Origin: an uncultured Candidatus Rokubacteria bacterium
GTDB taxonomy: Bacteria > Methylomirabilota > Methylomirabilia > Rokubacteriales > DASRDR01
Assembly (NCBI GenBank): GCA_963708025.1
Contig: CAVPSB010000031.1
Coordinates: 64,001-128,000, forward strand
Length of the DNA stretch: 64,000 nucleotides
Direction of reading: 5' to 3'
Each line of letters begins with the position of its first letter. Position 1 is the first letter of the stretch. The notes under the pieces are model-generated. The model did no database searches. It saw nothing but the letters and a program-made list of their open reading frames with translations, and had not been told where the DNA came from. This document shows, in pieces, positions 1 through 9,626 of the stretch. The translations under genes and the position numbers were made by a program.

Positions 1-1268
1 GCGTCTCGGTGTCGAACCGCGACGAGCTGGGCGCGCTCAGCCGCAACGTCAACGCCACCAGCGGCCGGCTGACCGAGCTGTGGGACGAGCTGCGCTCGGT
101 CAGCGACCACCTGCAAGCGGTGGTCGACAACGCCATGGATGGCATCTTGACCATCGACGAGACCCGGACGATCCGCTCGTTCAACCCGGCCGCCGAGCGC
201 ATTTTCGGCTACGCGGCGGCCGAGGTCGTCGGCCGCCCCCTGCGGCTCCTGCTGGGCGAGACGATCACGGACACGATGGCCCTCGACCTCTTCCTGCCGC
301 AGGCCGAGACCATGCGCGCCCACCGGGAGGCGATCGGGAGGCGCCAGGACGGCCGGACCTTCCCCATGGAAGTGGCGGTCGGCGAGATGTGGCACCGGGA
401 TCGCCCGCTGCTCGTGGCCGTGGTCCGCGACATCACCGACCGCAAGCGGGCGGAGGAAGAGCTGGCGCTGGCCCGCGATGCCGCCCTGGACGCCAGCCGC
501 GCCAAGAGCGCGTTCGTGGCCAACATCAGCCACGAGCTGCGCACGCCCCTGAACGCCATCATCGGCTACAGCGAGCTGCTCCAGGAGGAGGTCACCGACC
601 TCGGGGAGGACGCGCTGATCCCCTCCCTCGAGAAGGTCAACGGGGCCGGCCGGCACCTGCTGGGATTGATCAACGCCGTGCTCGACCTGTCCAAGATCGA
701 GGCCGGCAAGATGGACCTGTGCCTGGAAACCTTTCCCGTTCCGCAGCTGGTCCATGACGTCACCGCCATCGTCCAGCCGCTGGTGGACAAGCACCACAAC
801 CGTCTCCACGTCCAGTGCCCGGACGACGTCGGCGAGATGCACGCCGACCAGACCAAGCTGCGCCAGGCGCTCTTCAACCTGCTGAGCAACGCCTGCAAGT
901 TCACGGAGCGGGGCACCATCACCGTCGACGTGCAGCGCGGCATCCTGGCCGGCGTCGAGGGGCTCACCTTCCGGGTCAGCGACACCGGCATCGGGATGAC
1001 GCCCGAGCAGCTCGCCCGGCTCTTTCAGCCGTTCTCCCAGGCCGAGGCGACCACCTCCCGCAAGTACGGCGGGACCGGCCTGGGGCTGGTCCTCAGCCGC
1101 CGCTTCTGCCAGATGATGGGCGGGGACATCACGGTCGAGAGCGAGCCCGGCAAGGGCACCGCCTTCACGATCCGGCTCCCGGGCGAGGTCCGGGAGGCGG
1201 CCGAGGCGTCCCGCCCGGAGACCTCGCCCGCCCCTTTGATCGCGACAGCCACCACCCTCGCCGGCTGA
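1..1268 (+). CDS. HAMP-PAS sensor histidine kinase (5'-truncated by window edge)
   Basis: HAMP tail (RDELGALSRNVN), PAS (DGILTID..FNPAAERIFGY), H-box ANISHELRTPLNAI, N-box NLLSNACKFT, G boxes DTGIG and GGTGLGL; frame open to window start. Confidence 0.93.
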   Translation, partial: VSVSNRDELGALSRNVNATSGRLTELWDELRSVSDHLQAVVDNAMDGILTIDETRTIRSFNPAAERIFGYAAAEVVGRPLRLLLGETITDTMALDLFLPQAETMRAHREAIGRRQDGRTFPMEVAVGEMWHRDRPLLVAVVRDITDRKRAEEELALARDAALDASRAKSAFVANISHELRTPLNAIIGYSELLQEEVTDLGEDALIPSLEKVNGAGRHLLGLINAVLDLSKIEAGKMDLCLETFPVPQLVHDVTAIVQPLVDKHHNRLHVQCPDDVGEMHADQTKLRQALFNLLSNACKFTERGTITVDVQRGILAGVEGLTFRVSDTGIGMTPEQLARLFQPFSQAEATTSRKYGGTGLGLVLSRRFCQMMGGDITVESEPGKGTAFTIRLPGEVREAAEASRPETSPAPLIATATTLAG

Positions 1269-1382
1269 CTCAGCTCCGCGGGCCTCCCGTGAGGCCCGGA
1301 CCACACTCCCCGCGGTGCCCGGGCACGGGGCGTGAGAACCGCCGTAGAATGAATGCCGTGCCGGCGCAGCCGGCACACACCC

Positions 1383-2408
1383 ATGCCCGCCAACCTGACG
1401 CCCGAATACAGGGCTGCGGAGGCCGCCTTCCGCAAGGCGCGCGACCCCGGCGAGCGCCTGGAGTGGCTGCGCGAGATGCTGCGCGTGATCCCCAAGCACA
1501 AGGGGACCGACCACCTCCAGGGCGACATCAAGCGGCGCATCAAGGAGCTGTCCGAAGAGCTCGAGCGGCCGCGCACGGGCGGGGCCCGCGGCGGCCCCGC
1601 GCTGGTGATCCGGCCCGAGGGCGCGGCGCAGATCGCGTTGATCGGGCCGCCGAACGCGGGCAAATCGGCGCTGCACGCGCGGCTCACGGGCTCCGGCGCG
1701 CAGGCCGCCCCGTATCCCTTCACGACCCAGCATCCCGAGCCCGGGATGCTGCCCCACGAGGACATTCGCTTCCAGCTCGTCGATCTTCCGGCCGTCTCGC
1801 CCGAGCACCCGCAACCGTGGCTCGGGAGCGCGCTGCAGACGGCCGACGCGGCGCTCCTGGTCGTGGATCTCGGGGAGCCCGCGTGCGTCGAGCAGGTCGA
1901 GGCCGTGCACGCCGGCCTGCGCGAGCGGCGCGTTACCCTCACCGACCGCTGGGAGCCGGCCGGCGAGTCCACCGGGGCCGCCGCGGAGGGTGACGAGGAT
2001 CCCTTCGCCCTGCGGCTTCCCGCGCTGCTCCTGGCCAACAAGGCGGACCGGCTCGCCGATGCGGACGCCGAGCTGCGGGCGTTCCTGGAAGTCACGGGGC
2101 TCCGCTACCCCGCCCTCGCCGTGTCGGCGATCACGGGGCAGGGCCTCGGCCAGATCGGCCCCTGGCTGTTCGGCCATCTCGGCATCGCCCGCGTGTACAC
2201 CAAGGCGCCGGGCCGTCCGCCCAACCGCGACCGGCCGTTCACCCTGCGCCGCGGCCAGACCGTGGAGGACGTCGCCCGGCTCGTGCACAAGGACTTCGCA
2301 CGCTCGCTCAGGTACGCGCGCGTGTGGGGCCAGTCAGGATTCGGCGGACAGCAGGTCGGGCGTGAGCACCCGGTGGCCGACGGCGACGTGGTCGAGCTGC
2401 ATGCGTGA
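1383..2408 (+). CDS. OBG/DRG-family GTPase with C-terminal TGS domain
   Basis: MPANLTPEY start, PKHKGT, G1 GPPNAGKS, G2 YPFTT, G3 DLP, G4 NKAD, TGS-like tail (YTK..TVEDVARLVHKD..DGDVVELH). Confidence 0.9.
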   Translation: MPANLTPEYRAAEAAFRKARDPGERLEWLREMLRVIPKHKGTDHLQGDIKRRIKELSEELERPRTGGARGGPALVIRPEGAAQIALIGPPNAGKSALHARLTGSGAQAAPYPFTTQHPEPGMLPHEDIRFQLVDLPAVSPEHPQPWLGSALQTADAALLVVDLGEPACVEQVEAVHAGLRERRVTLTDRWEPAGESTGAAAEGDEDPFALRLPALLLANKADRLADADAELRAFLEVTGLRYPALAVSAITGQGLGQIGPWLFGHLGIARVYTKAPGRPPNRDRPFTLRRGQTVEDVARLVHKDFARSLRYARVWGQSGFGGQQVGREHPVADGDVVELHA

Positions 2409-2760
2409 CACGTATGCGAAAGGACGACGCTTCTACGGGACGTTCCCGCGTGTCCTCGGCCACTACGCGCGCGATCTGGGGGTGCTGTCGCTCCCCGAGG
2501 CCGTGCACAAGATGACCGGTGGGCCGGCGCGAGTGCTTCGGCTGCGTGACCGCGGGCTCTTACGCGAGGGCTATTCGGCCGACGTCACGGTCTTCGACCC
2601 CGCGACGATCGTCGACCGCGCCACGTACGAGGATCCGCACCGGTATCCGCTGGGCATCTCCACGGTGATCGTGAACGGCGTCGTCGTGGTCGACGCCGGG
2701 CGGCATACCGGCGCGCTCCCCGGGCGGGTGCTCCGTCGCGGCCCGGCCGGGGTGGCCTGA
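2401..2760 (+). pseudogene. C-terminal remnant of N-acyl-D-amino-acid deacylase (amidohydrolase)
   Basis: RFYGTFPRVLG..AVHKMTGGPA..RGLLREGYSADVTVFDP..NGVVVVD..TGALPGRVLR; catalytic N-terminal region absent. Confidence 0.8.
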
Positions 2761-2789
2761 CTCCCGAGCTTTCCTGCCGAGCGGCGGCC

Positions 2790-2960
2790 ACCCGGCGCCG
2801 TACCGACGATAGCAGCCGGCGGCGTTGCCCCAGAGGAGCTTCCGTCGCGCCGCCCCGGGGATCGACGTCCACTTGAGCACGTTGTCCGCCGACTTCGGAA
2901 TCCAGCTCTCCGAGGTGCGGGTAGTCGGTCGCGAACATCGGCGTGTCCTCGGCGAGCGCG
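2790..2960 (-). pseudogene. C-terminal remnant of amidohydrolase_2-family protein, frameshifted
   Basis: Joining two frames gives MFATDYPH/SESWIPKSADNVLKWTSIPGAARRKLLWGNA, the typical family C-terminus. Confidence 0.65.
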
Positions 2961-3170
2961 CGCCTCTCCCGTGTCTCCTTGCGAGTCATCCTGCCCTTCT
3001 TCCGCGCCGGAGGGTCCGGCATGGATTCGAGGTGCCGATCGAGCGCCTCGAGCGGCAGCCGGATTCGAGGGAACGGTCATTCGGCGCCTCCTCCAGCGCC
3101 CCGGTCGGGGACGCCCGCCTCCATCCCACCCCACCAGTCCGGTAGAATGGCGCGCGAGGAGGCGGGGACG

Positions 3171-3488
3171 ATGACGGCGTGGACGATCCTGGTGATGGCG
3201 AGCCTGTGCGAGGTGGTGATGGCGCTCGGCCTCAAGACGAGCCACGGCTTCACCCGGCTGGGTGGCTCCCTCGTCGCCATCCTCGGCGGCGTGGCCAGCA
3301 TGTGGCTCCTGGCCCTGGCGCTCCGCCACTTCCCGGTGGGCACCGGCTACGCGCTCTGGACGGGGCTCGGCGCCGTCTTCACCGCCGTGGTCGGCATGAT
3401 CGCGCTCGGTGAGAGCCGGGACCCCGTCCGGCTGGGCGCGATCGCGCTGATCGTGGTCGGGGTGACCGCGCTCGGCTGGCGGGAGTGA
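3171..3488 (+). CDS. SMR/DMT family small multidrug (SugE/Gdx-like) exporter
   Basis: 105 aa, 4 TM, conserved Glu in TM1 (LCEVV), KTSHGFTR, PVGTGYALWTGLG; SD GAGGAGG upstream. Confidence 0.88.
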   Translation: MTAWTILVMASLCEVVMALGLKTSHGFTRLGGSLVAILGGVASMWLLALALRHFPVGTGYALWTGLGAVFTAVVGMIALGESRDPVRLGAIALIVVGVTALGWRE

Positions 3489-3715
3489 GCCTTTCCCCTT
3501 TCGAGGCGGAGCACCGCCACAGCCGGCGCGTGGAGGCCGGGCGACGAACCCCAGGCCTCCTACCGACCGCGCTCGCCGCCGGCGCCGCGGCTCGCGGCTG
3601 GATCCGGTGCCGGGGGCCACGCGGGTCTTCGAGGCGCGGATGGTGGTTGCCTGGGCCGTGCTCGAGCGTTTCTAGCGCCCCCGCGTGATCCGGTGGGTTC
3701 GGCGCCCTGGCCCAG

Positions 3716-4144
3716 CTAGGCGCTGCGCATTCGCTCGAACCAGTGGAGGAGGAGTGCCCAACCGATGCCCCAGGCGGCGTTCAGCAGGAAGCCGATGATG
3801 AAGAGGCCAAGGAAGTCCGGCGGGAGCCCGCCGCTCTTTAACGGCCAGACGACAAACATGAAGACGAGCGTCAGCACGACACCGCCCGCGACGAGCGCCG
3901 CGATCCAATAGGCCGGGCCGCTGAACCACCGCGGCAGGGTCAGCGCAAAGACGACGCCCCAGACCCCGCCCCAGAACGAGATGGAGATGATCTCGGGGAG
4001 GCCAAGCGGCTTGGTGGGCGCCATGTCGAATGGGGCGATCGGCACGATACCGGCGGCGTGCAGGATCCAGAGCAGGATCTGGTGGAAGATCGGCACGGCG
4101 AGCACGCCAGCTACGAAAGCCAGGACAAGCGAGGAAGTGCTCAT
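3716..4144 (-). CDS. hypothetical integral membrane protein (4 TM)
   Basis: Hydrophobic 142 aa with FHQ and FWGGVWG motifs; SD-like GAGGGAGAG upstream. Confidence 0.75.
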   Translation of the reverse strand: MSTSSLVLAFVAGVLAVPIFHQILLWILHAAGIVPIAPFDMAPTKPLGLPEIISISFWGGVWGVVFALTLPRWFSGPAYWIAALVAGGVVLTLVFMFVVWPLKSGGLPPDFLGLFIIGFLLNAAWGIGWALLLHWFERMRSA

Positions 4145-4493
4145 TCTCTCTCTCCCCTCGGGTGCCACCGAAAAGGCGGTGGCACCCGTATCCGCCGCCA
4201 TCCTGCGCCGATGGCGTGCTTGCGCGCAATGGCTCTCAACGGTCTCGACGACGAGGAGGGTCCGTCCGAGGAGGGGCACACCGGGCATCGCCCTCACGGT
4301 GGCATGCGATGACGGGCGGGTCAACCACCCTGAGTGCACAGAGTCGCCCTCTTCGCCCGCTGGTCAGTTCGCGACCAGACCGATGGCGCGGCTCATCTGA
4401 GAGTCGTTCTCCCACGCACGTTTCCCGTCGGGCCTGCGGGTTGCACTTCCCACCCCGCCGCGATCAAGACGTCTGCATTGGGGGGAGAACGGA

Positions 4494-4595
4494 GTGGAGG
4501 TGGGCTGGCGAGCGCTCGGCGAAGTCATGGTGATTCTCGGCGGGTTCGTCCTGCTGGCGTTGCTCCTCGGCCTCAGTCTCACGGGCAGCCCATGA
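4494..4595 (+). CDS. 33-aa single-TM peptide, not in ORF track
   Basis: GTG after GGGGGAG; MEVGWRALGEVMVILGGFVLLALLLGLSLTGSP; stop overlaps next ATG (ATGA). Confidence 0.5.
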   Translation: MEVGWRALGEVMVILGGFVLLALLLGLSLTGSP

Positions 4596-4798
4596 AGCAG
4601 CCACGACGCCAGCCGCCGTTGCTCATCACGATGACCGAGGCCGCCCGGCGTCTGCGCGTCCACGTCACGACCGTGCGGGCGATGATCCAGCGCGGTGGCA
4701 TTCCCGTCGTGCGATTTGGTCGCAGCGTCCGCGTCTACGCCCCGGCACTCGCGACGGCGGCGCCACTGCGTCGCCACCGGAAGCGCCGATCAACCTGA
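4592..4798 (+). CDS. excisionase-like HTH_17 DNA-binding protein
   Basis: LITMTEAARRLRVHVTTVRAMIQRGGIPVVRFGRSVRV matches the Xis/MerR-like winged HTH pattern. Confidence 0.8.
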   Translation: MKQPRRQPPLLITMTEAARRLRVHVTTVRAMIQRGGIPVVRFGRSVRVYAPALATAAPLRRHRKRRST

Positions 4799-5014
4799 CG
4801 GACCGACCCAGCGGAGGGCATTCGCAGTGTCACGCTACTCGGACCGGGGCCTGATGCTCGACCCCGGCATCACCGCTGTCACGCTGCGGGCGCTGCATCG
4901 GCGAGGTGGGCACTACCCGTTTCTCGAACACTTTCGGCGTGCTCGACGCTGGCCCGGGCTCTGGCGTATCGGGGAGCCGAGCGCTGGTCCCGCGCGGCAC
5001 CGGGGCTCCCTCTC

Positions 5015-5395
5015 ATGACCCCGCGGGCCCGCCTGCTGGTCGTGGACGACAACGCGGCGGTCCGTGAGGTCTGGGGCGAGATTCTCATCCTCCTCGGCTA
5101 CGACGTGACGCCTGCGAAGGACGCCGCCGAGGCCCTTGCGCTGTTCGACGCCACGCCATTCGATGCCGTGCTGACCGATTTCTTGATGCCGGGGATGAGT
5201 GGGTGCCAGCTGGCGGAAGCGATTCGGGCGCGTTCGTCCGTGCCGGTGATCATGATTACGGGCTCGACAACCGATCGCCACGTGGCACGGACCGACAGCC
5301 GCGGAATGGTCGTGCTCCACAAGCCGGTACGGCTGTCCGATCTCAGGGAAGCCGTCGAGCAGGCACTTCGAAGTCGGCAAGGCGCAACGTCGTAG
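5015..5395 (+). CDS. single-domain response regulator (receiver)
   Basis: LLVVDDN, DAVLTDFLMPGMSG, IMITG, KP. Confidence 0.88.
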   Translation: MTPRARLLVVDDNAAVREVWGEILILLGYDVTPAKDAAEALALFDATPFDAVLTDFLMPGMSGCQLAEAIRARSSVPVIMITGSTTDRHVARTDSRGMVVLHKPVRLSDLREAVEQALRSRQGATS

Positions 5396-5535
5396 CCTCG
5401 GTCGGCGGGTCCGTGCCGCCGCGTCACTCGTCCCGCCGCCGCAACGCCTCCCACGCCGCCCGCCTGAGCTTCGGCCGGTCGTCGACGCGAAGCCGCCGAG
5501 CGGGCGCGCACGAGCAGGGCGCGGGCCCGTGGTCC

Positions 5536-6555
5536 TCACTCATCGACGAGATCTTGCAACTTTCGCCCGGACAGGATGTGCTTGAGCGCGCTCACCGCCC
5601 GAGAGCCGGCCCGAAAACGGCCCGCCGTCTCGGGCGGTCCGATGTCTGCGCGCAAGGCGGCCGCCGCGTCGAATCTCGAACGCATGCGGGCCCGCGCGAG
5701 CAGGTTCATGCCGACAAGGTCTCGGTGATAGGGACTTGTCGAGGCTGCGCGCTGCACGAGTCGCATGCGCGCGACTCTGTGCAGCATCCGGCGTTCCGAC
5801 GGCGCACTGCTCGCTTTCAACGCCTCGGCGAGCATGTCGAGGCAATGCCTGCTCCAGGCCGTAATTCTGCGTTCATAGGACCAAGCGAACCATTGCATGT
5901 GCGTATTGTTCGCGTGATAGCGTTTGCGATACAGCGCTTGCGGCACGCGCACGAGGTCCCCGACGAGCGCCTGGCGCGCCATCCAGACCGTATCGGCGGC
6001 AAAATCCTCGCATGGATTGCCCGCCATCGGCAGGATGGAACGCAGCGCCGAGACGCGCGTGAGCCCACGAAAGGCGACGGCGGCGAAGTGATTGCGCAGC
6101 AGGCCGATCTGCCGCTCGAACGGCGACCCGGCGATCGTCGGCTGCCGAAACACCCCGTCGTGCGTACCGAACGATTGGATATCGGAATAGACGACGGCCG
6201 CATCGGGATTGGCCTCCGCCGCTGCCAGAAGTGCAGCGAGGTAGTCGTCCTCCAGCACATCGTCGTGCGGCTGCAGGCAAGCGTAGTCGGCGCCTTCCGC
6301 GGCCGCCGCGGCGAGGGCCGCGGACGAGTTGCCGACCCAGCCCAGGCGCCGCCGCTGCACGAGAAGACGTACGCGCGGATCGGCCAGGAACGGCCGGCAG
6401 GCCGCCTCGGACGACTGGTCGCCGCCGTCCACGGACACGACGATTGTGAGCTCCGCACCGCGTTGCCGCAGCACCGACTCGAGCGTCTCGGCCACGTAAT
6501 CGGCGCCGCGCCAGACCGGAACGGCGACGCAGATCCTGGGCGTGTGCGGCGTCAC
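5536..6555 (-). CDS. glycosyltransferase family 2
   Basis: VAVPVWRGADYVAETLESVL, VSVDG, GWVGN, QPHDD (DxD-like). Confidence 0.85.
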   Translation of the reverse strand: MTPHTPRICVAVPVWRGADYVAETLESVLRQRGAELTIVVSVDGGDQSSEAACRPFLADPRVRLLVQRRRLGWVGNSSAALAAAAAEGADYACLQPHDDVLEDDYLAALLAAAEANPDAAVVYSDIQSFGTHDGVFRQPTIAGSPFERQIGLLRNHFAAVAFRGLTRVSALRSILPMAGNPCEDFAADTVWMARQALVGDLVRVPQALYRKRYHANNTHMQWFAWSYERRITAWSRHCLDMLAEALKASSAPSERRMLHRVARMRLVQRAASTSPYHRDLVGMNLLARARMRSRFDAAAALRADIGPPETAGRFRAGSRAVSALKHILSGRKLQDLVDE

Positions 6556-7790
6556 GGCGTGACGATACGGTCGGCGCAGACGCCGGCGAAATACGGCGCC
6601 ATCGTCAGCTTTCCCGGGTTGACCGAATGATAGCGGCCGTTCGAGGTGACGCCGATTTCATACCGCCGGTGCAGCTCGCTCGCCGGATCGTCGATGTCGG
6701 TGTGGCCCCACGCAACGATCACGCCGCCTCGCACCGTGCATTCCCGCAGGCTTGCGGAGTCGAGGTCGCGCAGCGGAATAACGATCTCCGCCATGGCCTG
6801 TAGCGTCTCGGTCACGACCCGCGCGCGCCGCGGCTCCGCCGGGATCGGGGACCAATCGGGCGGGCTGACCTCGTGCGAGATCGCTTCAAGGCAGGTCGGA
6901 TACCAGTTCAGATAGGCCATGCCTTGACCGTAGACGACCAGGTCGCCGAACGGCCCCAGCATGATCGCGATCGTCGGCAACGGCCGCGCGCCGGGCGGTG
7001 GGCGGAAGCGGATGCCGTACTTGAAGCGGTGCATCCACGGCCGCAACGGGCGCAGGCCGAGCGTCGCGTCGATGGCGAGCCGGCCGTCCCACAGCGCGTT
7101 GACCACATGGTCGTAGGTGTCGCGCGCAGCGCCCCCGGGACCATCGCTGACCACGCGCAGAGCCGCACCGTTCTCCTCCACGGCGCACACGTTGTGTTGC
7201 AGCCGCATCTCGATTGCCGGCGTGGCGGCAACGCGCTCGCGCACGGCCGCGGCGAGAACCAGAGGGTCGATGGCGACCTCCGGCGTGTCGAAGGCGGCGA
7301 GCGCGAGCGATCCGTCGAACAGGCCATCGCGCTCGGCCGCCGACCATTTGCGCGGCGCGGGGCGAAGGTCGACCCCGAAATAGGCGTCCTTGCGCCCGCC
7401 CGCGGCTTCCCGCAGCAGCGTGTGGACCGCCCCGAGATAGCCCGCCAGCTCGTCCACCGGACGCTGACTGTCGCGATGGACCACGTAGGTCGAGGGCGGC
7501 GACAACGCGAGCCGGCTCAGCGTCAGCCCGACATGGCGCTCGACGAACGACGCGAACGCAAGCGCGCCGCGGATCATCATGCGCGCGGTGGCAAGGCCTT
7601 TGTCGGCGGCGTAGATGTAACCGAGGTGCATCCGCCCTTCGTTGGCGATGGCGGCCTGGGTCATGAGCGTATCGTTACGGTCGTAGAGCGTGACGTGCGC
7701 GCCCCGTTCGGCGAGCGCCAAGCCGATGCAGCAGCCCTGCAGACCGCCGCCGAGTACCGCGACGTGACGCCGCGGGTTGGAAAGAACCAT
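6552..7790 (-). CDS. FAD-dependent oxidoreductase (DAO-like), coupled to the GT2 gene
   Basis: VAVLGGGLQG Rossmann motif, NEGRMHLGYIY, GKLT near C-terminus; GTGA overlap with GT2. Confidence 0.85.
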   Translation of the reverse strand: MVLSNPRRHVAVLGGGLQGCCIGLALAERGAHVTLYDRNDTLMTQAAIANEGRMHLGYIYAADKGLATARMMIRGALAFASFVERHVGLTLSRLALSPPSTYVVHRDSQRPVDELAGYLGAVHTLLREAAGGRKDAYFGVDLRPAPRKWSAAERDGLFDGSLALAAFDTPEVAIDPLVLAAAVRERVAATPAIEMRLQHNVCAVEENGAALRVVSDGPGGAARDTYDHVVNALWDGRLAIDATLGLRPLRPWMHRFKYGIRFRPPPGARPLPTIAIMLGPFGDLVVYGQGMAYLNWYPTCLEAISHEVSPPDWSPIPAEPRRARVVTETLQAMAEIVIPLRDLDSASLRECTVRGGVIVAWGHTDIDDPASELHRRYEIGVTSNGRYHSVNPGKLTMAPYFAGVCADRIVTP

Positions 7791-7894
7791 GGCCCGATGA
7801 TAAGGGACCTCTGGCGAAGATCAAAGAGCGTTGAAGACATCGACACCCTTCGGCTTCTCGAGTTGAGTCTATGATGTCCTCACTCACGACCTCA

Positions 7895-8045
7895 CTGAAC
7901 GACAGCCATGTCTGGTGGCGGCCCTACTTCACCGTCGCCTGCCGACGGGGCCCGGGCGAACGAGCTGGCCGCGCTGCGCTGGGGGACGTGGATAGCGGCT
8001 GTGGGATCGTCCGGCCGTCGATCGCACTCCGTCAGGGGCAGACGA
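7895..8045 (+). pseudogene. tyrosine recombinase/integrase remnant, frameshifted
   Basis: Across frames: WWRPYFTVA / GARANELAALRW / GDVD, the TGxRxxELxALRWxD box I signature. Confidence 0.6.
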
Positions 8046-8053
8046 ACCGCCGA

Positions 8054-8144
8054 GGTTGCGCCCGGATTGCGGATCGACGGCATGCGGTGCCGTCCGCTGC
8101 CGCGCGCTGCAACCCCATATCCCGCAACCCCCATATCCCGCAAC
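8054..8144. repeat. short GCAAC-core repeats, two inverted plus a tandem (GCAACCCC(C)ATATCCC)x2 GCAAC; possible integrase arm-type sites
   Basis: ggttgcg..gattgcg at 8054-8072 and tandem array at 8109-8144. Confidence 0.5.
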
Positions 8145-8189
8145 TGGCGAAGGGTCTTGCCATGCCTTGGATTCGGGTAGAATGGGCGC

Positions 8190-9461
8190 ATGTCCCTGGC
8201 CGGGATCCCGCGCGTCGAGAGCCTGCCCCGCCTGGTGCGCGTCAAGCAGCAGTTCCCCGGCCCCATGCTCGCCGACGTCGCGGGGGCTACCCGGGCGTCC
8301 CTCGCGAGCGTCGAGCTGCCGGTCCGGCCCGGGCAGGCGGTCGCGCTGACCGTCGGCAGCCGCGGCGTCGTGAACATCGACGTCATCACCCGGGCGACCG
8401 TCGACCACCTGAAGGGGCTGGGGGCCCGGCCCTTCATCATCCCGGCGATGGGGAGCCACGGGGGTGGCACCGCCGAGGGGCAGCGGACGGTGCTGGAGCA
8501 CTACGGCGTCACCGAGGCGGCCATGGGCTGTCCGATCCAGTCAACGATGGACGTCGTCCAGATCGGCGAGGTCCTGGGGCTCCCCATCTGGCTCGACCGC
8601 TACGCGGCCGAGGCGGACTGGATCGGCGTCCTCAACCGGGTCAAGCCCCACACCGGCTTCGACGGCGAGATCGGCTCCGGCCTCCTCAAGATGATGACGA
8701 TCGGCATGGGCAAGCACCGGGGCGCCATCCAGGCCCACCGGGCCAACATCCGCCTCGGCTACGAGACGATGATCGTGGCCCTCGGGCGCGAGATGCTGCG
8801 GATCGCCCCGATCGCCTTCGGGCTCGGGATCGTCGAGAACGGCTACGACGAGACGGCGCTGGTCCGCGCCTTCCTTCCCGCCGACCTCGAGGCGGGGGAG
8901 CGGGAGCTGCTGCGCTCGGCGAAGGCGTGGATGGCCAAGCTCCCGTTCGACCGCCTCGACCTCCTGATCGTGGACGAGATCGGCAAGGACGTCTCGGGGA
9001 CCGGGATGGACACCCACGTCATCGGCCGGCACGGGACGTTCTTCGAGCGGCCCTTCACGAGCCCGGCTATCACCTTCATCGTCGCCTGCGACCTGACGGC
9101 CCGGACCGCCGGCAACGGGAACGGGATCGGGCTGGCCGACTTCACGACCCGGCGGCTGGCCGACAAGATCGACTGGGCGCCGACTTACATCAACGCGCTG
9201 ACCGCCTGCTCGCCCCGGGGTCCCAAGCTGCCGCCGGTCCTGGACACCGCCCGCGACGCCATCGCGGTGGCGCTCTCCTGCCTCGGGCTGGAGCGGCCCG
9301 ACGACGCGCGGGTCGTCCGGATCAAGAACACGCTCCGGCTGGCCGAGGTGGAAGTCTCGGAGTCACTCGTCCCCGAGCTGGCCGGGCGGACCGATTTGGC
9401 GCGGCTGGGGGACCCGGCGCCGCTGGCCTTCGGCCCCGACGGCGCCCTGTTGCCCTTCTGA
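8190..9461 (+). CDS. LarA/DUF362-like domain protein (lactate racemase N-terminal-like)
   Basis: VALTVGSRGV, PAMGSHGGGTAEGQ, NRVKPHT, GKDVSGTGMD, GNGNGIGLAD. Confidence 0.8.
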   Translation: MSLAGIPRVESLPRLVRVKQQFPGPMLADVAGATRASLASVELPVRPGQAVALTVGSRGVVNIDVITRATVDHLKGLGARPFIIPAMGSHGGGTAEGQRTVLEHYGVTEAAMGCPIQSTMDVVQIGEVLGLPIWLDRYAAEADWIGVLNRVKPHTGFDGEIGSGLLKMMTIGMGKHRGAIQAHRANIRLGYETMIVALGREMLRIAPIAFGLGIVENGYDETALVRAFLPADLEAGERELLRSAKAWMAKLPFDRLDLLIVDEIGKDVSGTGMDTHVIGRHGTFFERPFTSPAITFIVACDLTARTAGNGNGIGLADFTTRRLADKIDWAPTYINALTACSPRGPKLPPVLDTARDAIAVALSCLGLERPDDARVVRIKNTLRLAEVEVSESLVPELAGRTDLARLGDPAPLAFGPDGALLPF

Positions 9462-9626
9462 AACGCCGTGAAGGAATCGTCGAGGAAGCGTGAATTGGGG
9501 AAAGGCCGGAGGGGGGGTCCGGGCCCCCGGAGGGCGCGACGTCCCGAGGGCCGCAGGCCCGAGGCGTCGCGGCGATCCGGACGGAGCGCGTAGCTCCCCC
9601 CCGGCCCGATTGACCGGGAGACTCCC

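Noticed and set aside
3060-3170. Guanidine riboswitch upstream of the SMR gene
   Set aside because: Only one GGGGACGCCC-like hairpin, without paired ACGR loops or ykkC-I/III consensus, and it lies upstream of the apparent -10 box
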